IMG/VR virus record: IMGVR_UViG_3300042348_000780
Strand: one strand, 5' to 3'
DNA: 64,000 nucleotides
Source of the DNA: a virus
The position numbers and the translations under genes are program-made. Positions 48,016 through 58,020 of this stretch are shown piece by piece. How positions within the stretch are numbered: the stretch's first letter is position 1; each line of letters starts with the position of its first letter. The notes beneath the pieces were generated by a model. The model made no database searches and had not been told where the DNA came from. It worked only from the letters and a program-made list of their open reading frames with translations.

Positions 48016-49059
48016 ATGAGTAAAGTGGCACTGATTACTGGAATTTGTGGACAGGATGGATCATATCTAAGTCAATTATTGATATCCAAGGGATATGAGG
48101 TTCATGGTATTATTCGAAGATCTTCTTCTTTTAATACTGGAAGAATCGATCATCTTATAAATGATCCAGAAATTTATAATAAAAAATTATTTTTACATTT
48201 TGGTGATTTGACAGACTTCAATAGTCTTCAAAAAATTATAACAAAATATTCTCCAGATGAAATTTATAATCTTGGTGCTCAAAGCCATGTTAAAGTTTCA
48301 TTCGATATGCCAGTATTTACTGGAGAGACAACTGGAATCGGAACATTAAATCTTTTAGAAGCCATACGAACATTTGAAGAACAAACTGGTAAAAAGATTC
48401 GATATTATCAGGCCAGCAGTTCGGAGATGTATGGTAAGGTTCAAGAAGTTCCTCAAAAAGAAACAACACCGTTTTATCCTCGTTCACCGTATGGATGTGC
48501 AAAAGCTTATGCACATTATCTCACTGTGAATTATCGTGAAAGTTATGATCTACATGCTTCATGTGGAATTTTGTTTAACCACGAAAGTCCGCGTAGAGGA
48601 GAAACATTCGTAACAAGAAAAATCACAAGAGCAGTTGGTAGAATTTATCAAGGATTACAAAAGAAACTATATCTTGGTAATTTAGATGCATATCGTGATT
48701 GGGGATTTGCTGGAGATTATGTTGAAGCCATGTGGCTGATGCTACAGCAAGATAAACCAGATGATTATGTTGTTGCAACTGGTAAGATGATTACCGTAAG
48801 AGAATTCTGTCAAAAAGCTTTTGCAAGATATAGTATGAATTATTTGGATTATGTTGAAGTTGATGAAAAATATTATCGTCCAGCAGAAGTAGATCAATTA
48901 TTGGGAGATTCAACTAAAGCTAAAAGTAAATTAGCTTGGACACCAAAGGTTAATATCAATGAATTGATTGACATGATGACAGATCATGATTTTGAACTTG
49001 CCAGAAAAGAACGAATCATAGAAATATATGATAAAAAATTAAATCCAACTGGCCCATGA
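48016..49059 (+). CDS. gmd: GDP-mannose 4,6-dehydratase
   Basis: [50 protein letters not shown]. Confidence 0.96.
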   Translation: MSKVALITGICGQDGSYLSQLLISKGYEVHGIIRRSSSFNTGRIDHLINDPEIYNKKLFLHFGDLTDFNSLQKIITKYSPDEIYNLGAQSHVKVSFDMPVFTGETTGIGTLNLLEAIRTFEEQTGKKIRYYQASSSEMYGKVQEVPQKETTPFYPRSPYGCAKAYAHYLTVNYRESYDLHASCGILFNHESPRRGETFVTRKITRAVGRIYQGLQKKLYLGNLDAYRDWGFAGDYVEAMWLMLQQDKPDDYVVATGKMITVREFCQKAFARYSMNYLDYVEVDEKYYRPAEVDQLLGDSTKAKSKLAWTPKVNINELIDMMTDHDFELARKERIIEIYDKKLNPTGP

Positions 49060-49073
49060 TTTTAATAAAATAA

Positions 49074-49101
49074 TTGACACCACAATTAATTCTGATATAA
49101 T
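49074..49101 (+). promoter_or_regulatory. sigma70-type promoter driving the gp43B-uvsX-gp41 operon
   Basis: TTGACA-16-TATAAT with TG; ATG at 49108. Confidence 0.7.
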
Positions 49102-49107
49102 GCAGAC

Positions 49108-49335
49108 ATGAAATATGGTCTGCATTTTACCAATACCTCGAAAGAAGAAGATTGGCTCAGGGAATCAGATAAGTCTATATGTATTTGGAATAGTGCTGAT
49201 GAAGCAGATGATTGGCGTAAGAAACATACAGTAAATCCTAAGATTTATGATGTTAAAAAAGTAACGCCAAAAATAATTAAAGAAGATCAAGAAAAATATG
49301 GAAGTAACAATGAACGATCTTTCAAAATTGAGTGA
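49108..49335 (+). CDS. Small hypothetical protein
   Basis: First ORF after the promoter. Confidence 0.55.
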   Translation: MKYGLHFTNTSKEEDWLRESDKSICIWNSADEADDWRKKHTVNPKIYDVKKVTPKIIKEDQEKYGSNNERSFKIE

Positions 49336-50425
49336 TAATGAATTGTTATCATTGAAGCATAAAACAGAATTAGATATTTCAAAGTATCATAATTTTCAGT
49401 TAGTCCGTAAAATTCAATTGAATTCAGCTTACGGTGCTATTGGTAATGCGTATTTTAGATTCTATAATACTGATTTGGCCGAGGCAATCACATTGTCAGG
49501 CCAATTGTCTATTCAATGGATTGGAAATAGATTAAATGAATTAATTAATAAAGTAACTAATTCAGATAATAAGGATTTTATCATTGCATCAGACACAGAT
49601 TCAATTTATCTTAAAATTGATGATGTCGTAAATCAATATGCATCTAATAAATCAATTATAGAAAAAATTGATTATATTGATTCATCATCTAAAAATATCA
49701 TTTTGCCATATATTGAAAAGCAGTTCGACAGTCTAGCAAATATGATGAATGCATTTGAAAATAGAATTGTTATGGCAAGAGAAGTTATTGCAGACAAGGG
49801 TGTATGGACTGCAAAAAAGAGATATATGTTAAATGTCTGGGATTCAGAAGGCGTTCGTTATAGTCAACCTAAACAAAAAATCATGGGAATTGAAACTTCA
49901 CGATCATCTACTCCAGAGGTTGTTCGTAAAGAATTAAAGAATGCCATCAGCATTATTCTCAACAAAGATGAAAATGAATTGATTGACTTTGTTGCAAAAT
50001 TCAAATCTAAATTCATGAAAATGAGTGTAGAGGAAATTTCTTTTCCACGTAGTGTAAATGGACTTGATAAGTATAGAGATTCTTCTCAAATTTATAAATT
50101 GAAGACTCCTATTCAGGTAAAGGCTGCTTTGTTGTATAATCATTACATCAAGGAAATGAAATTGAGTATGAAATATACTAAAATTTCAGAAGGTGAAAAG
50201 ATTAAATTTGTATATCTTAAAAAGCCCAATCCATTGGCAGGAACACAGGGAGAAGATTGTGTAATTGGATTCCCGAATAAAATGCCAAAAGAGTTTGATC
50301 TTGACAAATTTATTGATCGTGAAAAACAATTTGAAAAAGCATTTCTTGATCCACTGATAAAGATTCTAGATATCATTGGATGGAAGGCAGAAAAAACAAA
50401 CACTCTAGAATCACTTTTTATATGA
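49298..50425 (+). CDS. gp43: DNA polymerase gp43, C-terminal subunit (second finger helix, palm, thumb)
   Basis: Motif B KIQLNSAYG, motif C ASDTDS, KKRY, C-terminal clamp-binding TLESLF; start may be 49310. Confidence 0.93.
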   Translation: MEVTMNDLSKLSDNELLSLKHKTELDISKYHNFQLVRKIQLNSAYGAIGNAYFRFYNTDLAEAITLSGQLSIQWIGNRLNELINKVTNSDNKDFIIASDTDSIYLKIDDVVNQYASNKSIIEKIDYIDSSSKNIILPYIEKQFDSLANMMNAFENRIVMAREVIADKGVWTAKKRYMLNVWDSEGVRYSQPKQKIMGIETSRSSTPEVVRKELKNAISIILNKDENELIDFVAKFKSKFMKMSVEEISFPRSVNGLDKYRDSSQIYKLKTPIQVKAALLYNHYIKEMKLSMKYTKISEGEKIKFVYLKKPNPLAGTQGEDCVIGFPNKMPKEFDLDKFIDREKQFEKAFLDPLIKILDIIGWKAEKTNTLESLFI

Positions 50426-50433
50426 GGTAAAAC

Positions 50434-51462
50434 ATGTCTGATTTTTTAAGCAAAATGATTAAATCTTCTGGTAATAAATTCGCATCTATCGTTGATGATG
50501 GTCTTGATGGAAGCGATGTTACTGGTTTCACTGATACTGGTAGTATGATGCTAAATGCACTTCTGTCAGGATCACTTTATGGTGGTATGGCAAACAACAA
50601 AATCGTAGCATTGGCAGGAGAAGCCGCCACTGGTAAAACTTATTTTACCATCGGTATTCTTTCAAAGTTCCTTCAAGATAATCCTGAAGGCGTTGTAGTA
50701 TACTTTGATACAGAACAAGCAGTGACATCTGATATGTTCAAGAGTCGTGGTGTTGATCCTAAACGTGTTGCTGTATTTCCTGTAGCAACAATCGAAGAAT
50801 TTAGATTCCAATCAATTAAAATCGTAGATGATTATTTGAATGAAGAAGAATCTAATAGGAAGCCTATGATGATTGTTCTTGATTCTCTTGGTATGTTGTC
50901 AACCTCTAAAGAAATCAATGATACAACAGAAGGTAAAGAAGTTCGTGATATGACACGTGCTCAAGTTATCAAGTCTACTTTCCGAGTCTTGACTCTAAAA
51001 CTTGGAAAGGCAAAGATTCCAATGATTATGACTAATCATACGTACTCCATCGTGGGTGCTTATGTTCCTACCTCTGAAATGGGTGGTGGTACAGGTCTTA
51101 AGTATGCTGCATCAACAATTGTATATTTGAGTAAGAAGAAGGATAAGGATAGTGAAGGTGATATTGTTGGTAATATCATTAATTGTAAGTTGTATAAATC
51201 ACGCTTCACTAAAGAAAATAAAACTGTTTCGGTTAAACTGAATTACGAAACTGGTCTTGATCGTTATTATGGATTAGTTGACCTTGCTCTTGAATCTGGT
51301 GTCTTTACAAAGACAAGTACTCGTATTACACTACCAGATGGAAGCACTGCATTTGAAAAGAACATCTACGAAAATCCAGAAAAGTATTTCACAAAAGAAG
51401 TTCTAGAAAAATTGGAAAAAGCAGCAAGTAAAGAATTTAAATATGGCTCAAGTGAACTTTGA
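50434..51462 (+). CDS. uvsX: RecA-like recombinase UvsX
   Basis: [35 protein letters not shown]. Confidence 0.95.
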   Translation: MSDFLSKMIKSSGNKFASIVDDGLDGSDVTGFTDTGSMMLNALLSGSLYGGMANNKIVALAGEAATGKTYFTIGILSKFLQDNPEGVVVYFDTEQAVTSDMFKSRGVDPKRVAVFPVATIEEFRFQSIKIVDDYLNEEESNRKPMMIVLDSLGMLSTSKEINDTTEGKEVRDMTRAQVIKSTFRVLTLKLGKAKIPMIMTNHTYSIVGAYVPTSEMGGGTGLKYAASTIVYLSKKKDKDSEGDIVGNIINCKLYKSRFTKENKTVSVKLNYETGLDRYYGLVDLALESGVFTKTSTRITLPDGSTAFEKNIYENPEKYFTKEVLEKLEKAASKEFKYGSSEL

Positions 51463-52840
51463 AAAAATCATCTTACATAATCTAATTAAAAATGAAGTAT
51501 ATTCACGAAAGATTACTCCATTTTTATCTAAAGATTATTTTCACAATCGTATAGATAAAATTCTATTTGGAATCATTACAGAATTCATTCTGCAATATAA
51601 TAATTTGCCATCAAAGGATGCTTTGTTGGTTATTGTAGATAAGAATAAGTCATTGAATGAAGATGATCATGATAAGATTCTTGAATTGATATATGAAATT
51701 GATCAAACAAGAGAAGAGTCTGATTTAACATGGTTGTATGAAGAGACAGAAAACTTCTGTAAAGAGAAGGCAGTCTATAATGCGATCATGGAATCTATCC
51801 ATATCATCGATGGGAAAAAGGAAACACCTAAAACGGCTATCCCAGATATTCTCTCGAAAGCACTGGCAGTATCTTTTGATTCTCATATTGGTCATGATTA
51901 TTATGAGGATTATGGAAAGCGATTTGATTTTTATCACACAGAAGAAAAACGAATTGCATTTGATCTAGAATATTTTAATATGATCACACGGGGTGGTATG
52001 CCTTCAAAAACACTATCTGTCGTCATGGCAGGAACTGGTGTGGGTAAATCATTGTTCTTGTGTCACCATGCTGCTAATTGTCTGAAGAATCATCAAAATG
52101 TGTTGTATATCACATGTGAAATGTCAGAAGAAAAGATTGCAGAACGAATTGACGCAAATATTCTTGATATTACTATGGACGAATTAAAAACCCTACCATT
52201 ACAACTTTATGAGAAGAAAATTCAGAATGCTTGTTCTGGGTTTAAGGGTAAATTAATTATTAAAGAATATCCAACAGCAACCGCAAGTGCAAATCATTTT
52301 AGATTTCTATTGGATGAACTTTGGTTAAAGAAAAAATTTAAACCAGATGTTATATTTATTGATTACTTAAATATTTGTGCGTCATCACGAATCAAGGGTG
52401 GTTCTAATGTAAATTCTTATACTTATGTAAAAGCAATTGCTGAAGAATTACGTGGTATTGCAGTTGAGTATAATGTACCGTTATTTACGGCTACACAGAC
52501 AAATCGTGATGGTTATTCTAACAGTGATCCTGATCTTACAAATACTTCTGAATCTTTTGGTCTTCCAGCAACAGCAGATTTTATGTTTGCTTTAATTAGC
52601 ACAGAAGAACTAGAAGAAATGAATCAAGTAATGGTAAAACAATTAAAGAACCGTTATAATGATACTTATCAGAATCGTAAATTTATCATTGGAATCAATC
52701 GACCAAAGATGAAATTGTTTGATGTTGAAAAATCAACAGCTGTTGTAATGAAGAAAAAAGAAACTCCTGATACTTTCTTTATAGAAAAACCAAAAAAGCC
52801 ATCATTGAATAAAACAAATGTTTCTGAATGGAATTTCTGA
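51443..52840 (+). CDS. gp41: Replicative helicase gp41
   Basis: [37 protein letters not shown]. Confidence 0.96.
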   Translation: MAQVNFEKIILHNLIKNEVYSRKITPFLSKDYFHNRIDKILFGIITEFILQYNNLPSKDALLVIVDKNKSLNEDDHDKILELIYEIDQTREESDLTWLYEETENFCKEKAVYNAIMESIHIIDGKKETPKTAIPDILSKALAVSFDSHIGHDYYEDYGKRFDFYHTEEKRIAFDLEYFNMITRGGMPSKTLSVVMAGTGVGKSLFLCHHAANCLKNHQNVLYITCEMSEEKIAERIDANILDITMDELKTLPLQLYEKKIQNACSGFKGKLIIKEYPTATASANHFRFLLDELWLKKKFKPDVIFIDYLNICASSRIKGGSNVNSYTYVKAIAEELRGIAVEYNVPLFTATQTNRDGYSNSDPDLTNTSESFGLPATADFMFALISTEELEEMNQVMVKQLKNRYNDTYQNRKFIIGINRPKMKLFDVEKSTAVVMKKKETPDTFFIEKPKKPSLNKTNVSEWNF

Positions 52841-53838
52841 TGTCAATATTTGTTGATAAAAAATATATTAATTTAATATCTGGTCACTTTGAAAAATTTA
52901 AATGGAAAAGTGATAAGTTAGCAAATTGTAGATGTAAATTTTGTGGTGATTCAACCACAAACAAAAATAAGGCACGTGGTTATTTTTATGTAAAAAATAA
53001 TAGTTTTTTCTACAAGTGTCATAATTGTAATATTGGTTATAGTCTTTATAGCATAATCAATGAAGTCTCACCTTCATTGAGTAAAGAATATAACGCAGAA
53101 AACTTTCTTGAAAGAAATAATTTTAAGAAAGATACTGTTCGTGTAGAAATTCCAGCCCCCATTGAGATTAAACATCATTTAAATATTATTCCAATCACAG
53201 AACTGGAAGAATCCCATAAGGCAAGGAAATTTATTCAGGACAGAAAGATTCCAGTAGAACATTGGAAAAATATCGGATTTGCAAAGAATTTTGCAAAAAT
53301 TGCAGAAGAATTCGATTCGTCATATAAAAATAGATTTGCTGATGAAGAAAGAATCATAATTCTTATTCGTAGTCAGATGGGTATCTGTGGAATACAAGGA
53401 CGTTCATTTTCGAATAACCGAATGAAGTATATAACCTTAAAGAAAGAAAATAGATCATGTTTTTACAACTACGATATGGTTGATAAATCAAAAAAATTTT
53501 ATGTTCTTGAAGGTCCAATTGATTCTATGTTTATTGATAATTCTATAGCAACACTTGGAATGAGCGGATTTAAGACATTGAATGAAAAGATAGACGATAC
53601 AAATGCGGTGTATGTTGTAGATAATCAGCCTTATAACAAAGAGGTTGTTGATACAATTGAATATTTAATTGAAAATGGCAAAAAGGTTTGCATATTTCCA
53701 GAAAATATCAAGGAAAAAGATATTAATGATATGGTTCTTGCAAATTTGAAACCAAACGATATAATAGACGAACATACTTATAGTGGATTGGAAGCTAGAT
53801 TAGTATTTAATAACTGGAAAAAATATGCAAAACGATGA
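52840..53838 (+). CDS. gp61: DNA primase gp61
   Basis: Zn finger CKFCGDS...CHNC; TOPRIM EGPIDS and KDINDM. Confidence 0.95.
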   Translation: MSIFVDKKYINLISGHFEKFKWKSDKLANCRCKFCGDSTTNKNKARGYFYVKNNSFFYKCHNCNIGYSLYSIINEVSPSLSKEYNAENFLERNNFKKDTVRVEIPAPIEIKHHLNIIPITELEESHKARKFIQDRKIPVEHWKNIGFAKNFAKIAEEFDSSYKNRFADEERIIILIRSQMGICGIQGRSFSNNRMKYITLKKENRSCFYNYDMVDKSKKFYVLEGPIDSMFIDNSIATLGMSGFKTLNEKIDDTNAVYVVDNQPYNKEVVDTIEYLIENGKKVCIFPENIKEKDINDMVLANLKPNDIIDEHTYSGLEARLVFNNWKKYAKR

Positions 53839-54022
53839 TAATAATGAAGATGAAAAGATGATGGAAGCGTTTATGTCATTCACATCTCTCTTTTCAAAAT
53901 ATGTAAAGGAAAACGATATTGATCTTTTCAAAAGGGCTGTTGATTATGCAAAGACCTATACTGAAGAAGATGTAAGTGGTATTGTTTTCAACTATGTTGA
54001 TGAGGAGCCAAATGAACAATAA
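53825..54022 (+). CDS. Small acidic hypothetical protein
   Basis: ORF overlapping both neighbours. Confidence 0.55.
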   Translation: MQNDDNNEDEKMMEAFMSFTSLFSKYVKENDIDLFKRAVDYAKTYTEEDVSGIVFNYVDEEPNEQ

Positions 54023-54710
54023 GATTGATGTTTTAGATTATGGGCATGTTGAGTTGATTTCCCATATGGGAGATGATCTTACTGTTGTAAATTCAGCACG
54101 TGTTTCTTTCAACAAGGAAAGTGAATGGGATCACCCAGATAGTCATGTCCCTTGCAATATCCTGTCAGAAAAGGACAAGAAACTTATCAATTATCTGGCA
54201 AAACATCAACATTGGACTCCATTTGCACATCCACAGATTACGCTTCGAATCAAGGCTCCTATTTTTGTTCGTGCTCAACTAGGAAAACACCAAGTTGGTC
54301 TTGTAATGAATGAGGTTTCCCGTAGATATGTTACGGATGAACCACAATTCTATATTCCATTATGGAGAAATGCACCAACCAATGGTGCAAAACAGGGTAG
54401 TTCTGGTGTCATGAAATACCCAGGAGATCTTACCCAGAAATTTGAAAATTTCTGTGATGATGCCTTGGATCTATACAAGGAACTTTTACACGCAGGAGTA
54501 GCCCCAGAACAGGCCCGTGCAGCCCTTCCACAGTCCATGTACACCGAATGGTGGTGGACAGGCTCCCTATCGGCCTACAGCCGCGTATACGCCCAAAGAA
54601 TTGATTCCCATGCTCAATGGGAGGTACAGCAGTATGCTAAGGCCATGGGAGAACTAATTGGGCCACTATTTCCAGTGTCATGGAAAACATTAACAGAAAC
54701 AACTAAATAA
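54012..54710 (+). CDS. thyX: Flavin-dependent thymidylate synthase
   Basis: VNSARVSF, HWTPF.H, PIFVRAQL.KH, NEVSRRY, APEQAR. Confidence 0.95.
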   Translation: MNNKIDVLDYGHVELISHMGDDLTVVNSARVSFNKESEWDHPDSHVPCNILSEKDKKLINYLAKHQHWTPFAHPQITLRIKAPIFVRAQLGKHQVGLVMNEVSRRYVTDEPQFYIPLWRNAPTNGAKQGSSGVMKYPGDLTQKFENFCDDALDLYKELLHAGVAPEQARAALPQSMYTEWWWTGSLSAYSRVYAQRIDSHAQWEVQQYAKAMGELIGPLFPVSWKTLTETTK

Positions 54711-54730
54711 GAAGCATTTAAGGAGCATGA

Positions 54731-56656
54731 ATGAATAATTTACCAAGTCAGTATCAGGAATTTATTTACAAGTCACGTTATTCTCGCTGGATAGAATCAG
54801 AAAATAGACGAGAAGAGTGGCCAGAGACAGTAAAGCGTTATTTTGATTTTTTTGAGTCACATCTTAAGGAAAATCAAAGTTATATCTTATCAGCAGAACT
54901 TCGTTCTGAACTCGAATCAGCGGTTCTAAATTTAGAGGTAATGCCATCCATGCGGGCTTTAATGACCGCAGGAGAGGCTTTGAAACGAGATAACGTAGCA
55001 GGATATAATTGCTCTTATGTGGCCGTAAATAATATTCGTGCCTTTGATGAAATTCTATACGTCCTCATGTGTGGTACTGGCGTTGGATTTAGTGTGGAGA
55101 GACAATATGTTGAGAAACTTCCTACAATCGCTGAACACTTTACTAATTCAGATACCACTATTATCGTTCAGGACAGCAAAGTTGGTTGGGCTAAAGCATA
55201 TCGGGAACTCGTATCCCTACTTATTGGAGGTCAAATTCCAAAATGGGATGTGTCTAAAGTACGTCCTGCTGGTGCAAGACTCAAAACATTTGGTGGTCGA
55301 GCTTCGGGGCCAAGACCCCTCGTTGATCTCTTTCAATTCACCGTTGATACTTTTAAGAGAGCGGCAGGAAGAAAGCTTACTTCCATCGAATGTCACGATA
55401 TTGTTTGCAAGATCGCAGAGATTGTCGTTGTCGGAGGCGTTAGACGCTCTGCGCTTATTTCTTTGTCCAATCTCACGGACGAACGAATGCGAGATGCTAA
55501 AAGCGGTGCTTGGTGGGAACAAAACCCTCAACGAGCCTTGGCAAATAATTCAGTTGCCTATAAAGAGAAGCCAGAAATTGGAATTTTCATGGAAGAATGG
55601 ATCTCTCTCTATAAGTCCAAAAGTGGTGAAAGAGGCATCTTCAATAGAGAAGCGGCAAAGAAAACTGTTGCAAAACTAGGTGATCGTCGTGATTCTTCCT
55701 ATGACTTCGGAACGAATCCATGTTCAGAAATTATTCTTCGTGATCGTGAATTCTGTAATCTTACAGAAGTTGTAATTCGTGCGGATGATACACAAGATAG
55801 TGTTGCTCGCAAGATACGAATTGCAAGTATTCTTGGTACTTGGCAAGCATCACTTACCCACTTCCCGTATCTCTCTTCTACATGGAAGAAGAATTGTGAA
55901 GAAGAAGCACTCCTTGGTGTTTCTCTTACAGGTATTTTAGATAATCCATTAATGGGTAGTAAGGATCACCGTCTATTATCTGGAGTTCTAGAAGATCTTA
56001 AGAAAGTAGCAATTGATGCAAACAAGGAATGGTCTGATAAACTTGGTATAAATCCTGCTGCTGCAATTACTTGTGTAAAGCCTTCGGGAACAGTTAGTCA
56101 ATTGACCGATGCTGCGTCTGGTATTCATGCTCGTCACAGCGAATATTACATTCGTACAGTTCGTGCGGATCGTAAGGATCCATTGTGTCAGATGATGATT
56201 GATCTTGGATTCCCCGCAGAACCATGCGTAATGAAACCAGATCATACAATGGTATTCTCATTCCCAATGAAGGCAGTTGGTTCAATTACTCGTAATGATT
56301 TGACTGCAATTGAACATCTTGAATTGTGGTTGACATATCAACGTCATTGGTGTGAACATAAACCATCCATTACCATAACTGTTCGTGAACATGAATGGAT
56401 GGAGGTTGGTGCTTGGGTATATAAGCACTTCGATGAGATTAGCGGTATTTCTTTCTTACCACACTCCGATCACTCATATCGTCAAGCACCATATCAGGAA
56501 TGCACTGAGATCGCATATACTACATTATCTGTGGAAATGCCTAAGAATGTAGATTGGTCGCTTCTCAAGAATTATGAAAAAGAAGATAAGACTGTAGGTA
56601 CACAGACATATGCGTGTAGTGGTGATAAATGTGAACTTGTTGATCTTACTACATAA
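54731..56656 (+). CDS. nrdJ: Class II (B12-dependent) ribonucleotide reductase
   Basis: PSMR, YNC, GTGVGFS, GGVRRSA, TNPCSEI, CNL, KPSGT, C-terminal C....C; no beta subunit nearby. Confidence 0.9.
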   Translation: MNNLPSQYQEFIYKSRYSRWIESENRREEWPETVKRYFDFFESHLKENQSYILSAELRSELESAVLNLEVMPSMRALMTAGEALKRDNVAGYNCSYVAVNNIRAFDEILYVLMCGTGVGFSVERQYVEKLPTIAEHFTNSDTTIIVQDSKVGWAKAYRELVSLLIGGQIPKWDVSKVRPAGARLKTFGGRASGPRPLVDLFQFTVDTFKRAAGRKLTSIECHDIVCKIAEIVVVGGVRRSALISLSNLTDERMRDAKSGAWWEQNPQRALANNSVAYKEKPEIGIFMEEWISLYKSKSGERGIFNREAAKKTVAKLGDRRDSSYDFGTNPCSEIILRDREFCNLTEVVIRADDTQDSVARKIRIASILGTWQASLTHFPYLSSTWKKNCEEEALLGVSLTGILDNPLMGSKDHRLLSGVLEDLKKVAIDANKEWSDKLGINPAAAITCVKPSGTVSQLTDAASGIHARHSEYYIRTVRADRKDPLCQMMIDLGFPAEPCVMKPDHTMVFSFPMKAVGSITRNDLTAIEHLELWLTYQRHWCEHKPSITITVREHEWMEVGAWVYKHFDEISGISFLPHSDHSYRQAPYQECTEIAYTTLSVEMPKNVDWSLLKNYEKEDKTVGTQTYACSGDKCELVDLTT

Positions 56657-56690
56657 CAATAACCCCACTTGAGATAGCATCTCAGGTCCG

Positions 56691-56720
56691 ACAACCCCCT
56701 ACTAGTGGGGGTTGTTTCTT
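56691..56720 (+). terminator. Rho-independent terminator (preceded by a second hairpin at 56668-56686)
   Basis: ACAACCCCC-TACTAGT-GGGGGTTGT followed by TTCTT. Confidence 0.8.
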
Positions 56721-56728
56721 TATAAATA
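56721..56728 (+). promoter_or_regulatory. T4-type late promoter TATAAATA
   Basis: Exact consensus right after the terminator. Confidence 0.7.
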
Positions 56729-56757
56729 TTTTAACAAATTATCAAAAGGAAAATCTC

Positions 56758-57801
56758 ATGGCACTACTAAAATACTACAACTCAAAAATACATGATCTTT
56801 ATCTTTATGATCGTTTAGCAACCACAACTCAGTCATCTATTCCTGTTGGATATAATCCAGATTGCCAATCATATGGAATTGCTGATTTTTCTGGTTGTTG
56901 TGCCAGAAATCGACATTTTTGTACTTTAATTGGAATTACATATGGTGTTCAATTTGATCGTGAAAATGTTAATTTTTGGAATTGTTGTGCATACAGAGGA
57001 GTTCTTATCTCTCCAAAACATATGATTATTTGTGAACATTTCCGTGGACCAAGACCAGATCCAAATGATAATACATCTGGAATTGTTCTTCTTGGTAAAT
57101 CTGGTATTCGTCATACTGTTAAAGTTGTTGCTGTAACTTTAAGTATAGGTTCCGACCAAACACTACTTGAGTTTGATCAACCAGTTCCAGAAGGAGAATT
57201 TTATATTTACAATAAGATCGCTGATCCTGCTTATGTTCCTAATGGAACACATATATGGGTTCAAGATTCTAATGGAAAAATTTATAAAAGAATTTTCAAA
57301 AAGGCAATATTTGTTGATGGAAAATTAACAGCGTGGCAAAGTGATCCATGTATTGATGGTATAAATGATGGTCCTCATACAAGTGGAGATCCTGCAATAT
57401 TCGTCGGTGATTCTGGTTCTCCCGCATTTGTTGTTAATTCAGAAGGAGAAACACTTCTATTAGGTTTAATGTATGGTGGACCTAATTTCCCACAAAAGAC
57501 AATTGATAATATTAATGCAAAACTAAATCCACACGGATATAGTGTCAGTTTAGAAAAAATGACAGCACTTCCACAGGATTTAAATCAAGATGGAAAAATA
57601 GACAGTGTAGATTTGAGTATCTTTATGTCTAATTGGGAAGTAAATGGTGAAATCGCTGATTTTAACAAAGATGGAAAAGTTGATGCTGAAGATATGTCAG
57701 AACTTCTTTCTAAGTGGGGTAGTTATGATTTATCTTCTAGTGCAGTTCATTATACTACTACGGTTACTCCAATAGATCCAAATAATACTAAAAGAATCTG
57801 A
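56758..57801 (+). CDS. Trypsin-like serine protease with C-terminal dockerin/EF-hand-like repeats
   Basis: GVLISPKHMIICEH (His), DQTLLEF (Asp), GDSGSP (Ser); DLNQDGKIDSVDL..W and DFNKDGKVDAEDM..WG. Confidence 0.78.
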   Translation: MALLKYYNSKIHDLYLYDRLATTTQSSIPVGYNPDCQSYGIADFSGCCARNRHFCTLIGITYGVQFDRENVNFWNCCAYRGVLISPKHMIICEHFRGPRPDPNDNTSGIVLLGKSGIRHTVKVVAVTLSIGSDQTLLEFDQPVPEGEFYIYNKIADPAYVPNGTHIWVQDSNGKIYKRIFKKAIFVDGKLTAWQSDPCIDGINDGPHTSGDPAIFVGDSGSPAFVVNSEGETLLLGLMYGGPNFPQKTIDNINAKLNPHGYSVSLEKMTALPQDLNQDGKIDSVDLSIFMSNWEVNGEIADFNKDGKVDAEDMSELLSKWGSYDLSSSAVHYTTTVTPIDPNNTKRI

Positions 57802-57824
57802 GATCTTATAAAATAGTTTTTTGC

Positions 57825-57832
57825 TATAAATA
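57825..57832 (+). promoter_or_regulatory. T4-type late promoter TATAAATA
   Basis: Exact consensus followed by AAGGAGG. Confidence 0.65.
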
Positions 57833-57849
57833 CTATAAAGGAGGTTCCT

Positions 57850-57975
57850 ATGGAACTTTTAATGTCAAGCACTTTAGGTACTGTTTTTTATACTGTTGTC
57901 GTCTTTGTAGCAGGAGCACTCATCGGTGGTCCACTTTGGAAATGGATTGATTCCAAACTACCTTGGAATAAGTAA
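57850..57975 (+). CDS. Small single-TM protein (41 aa)
   Basis: Own late promoter, AAGGAGG RBS and terminator; MELLMSSTLGTVFYTVVVFVAGALIGGPLWKWIDSKLPWNK*. Confidence 0.7.
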   Translation: MELLMSSTLGTVFYTVVVFVAGALIGGPLWKWIDSKLPWNK

Positions 57976-57980
57976 AAAAG

Positions 57981-58005
57981 AAACCCCCCAGAAATGGGGG
58001 GTTTT
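57981..58005. terminator. Bidirectional rho-independent terminator
   Basis: AAACCCCCCA-GAAA-TGGGGGGTTTT between convergent genes. Confidence 0.85.
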
Positions 58006-58020
58006 CATTTATCTTGATCT

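Noticed and set aside
41341-49298. Intron or split intein explaining the polymerase break
   Set aside because: No Cys/Ser-start or His-Asn intein ends and no recognisable group I/II intron core. The gap holds ordinary genes on both strands and separate promoters.
55038-55679. 213-aa overlapping + strand ORF inside nrdJ
   Set aside because: Off-frame ORF with no recognisable motif inside a highly conserved gene; likely a by-product of codon usage.
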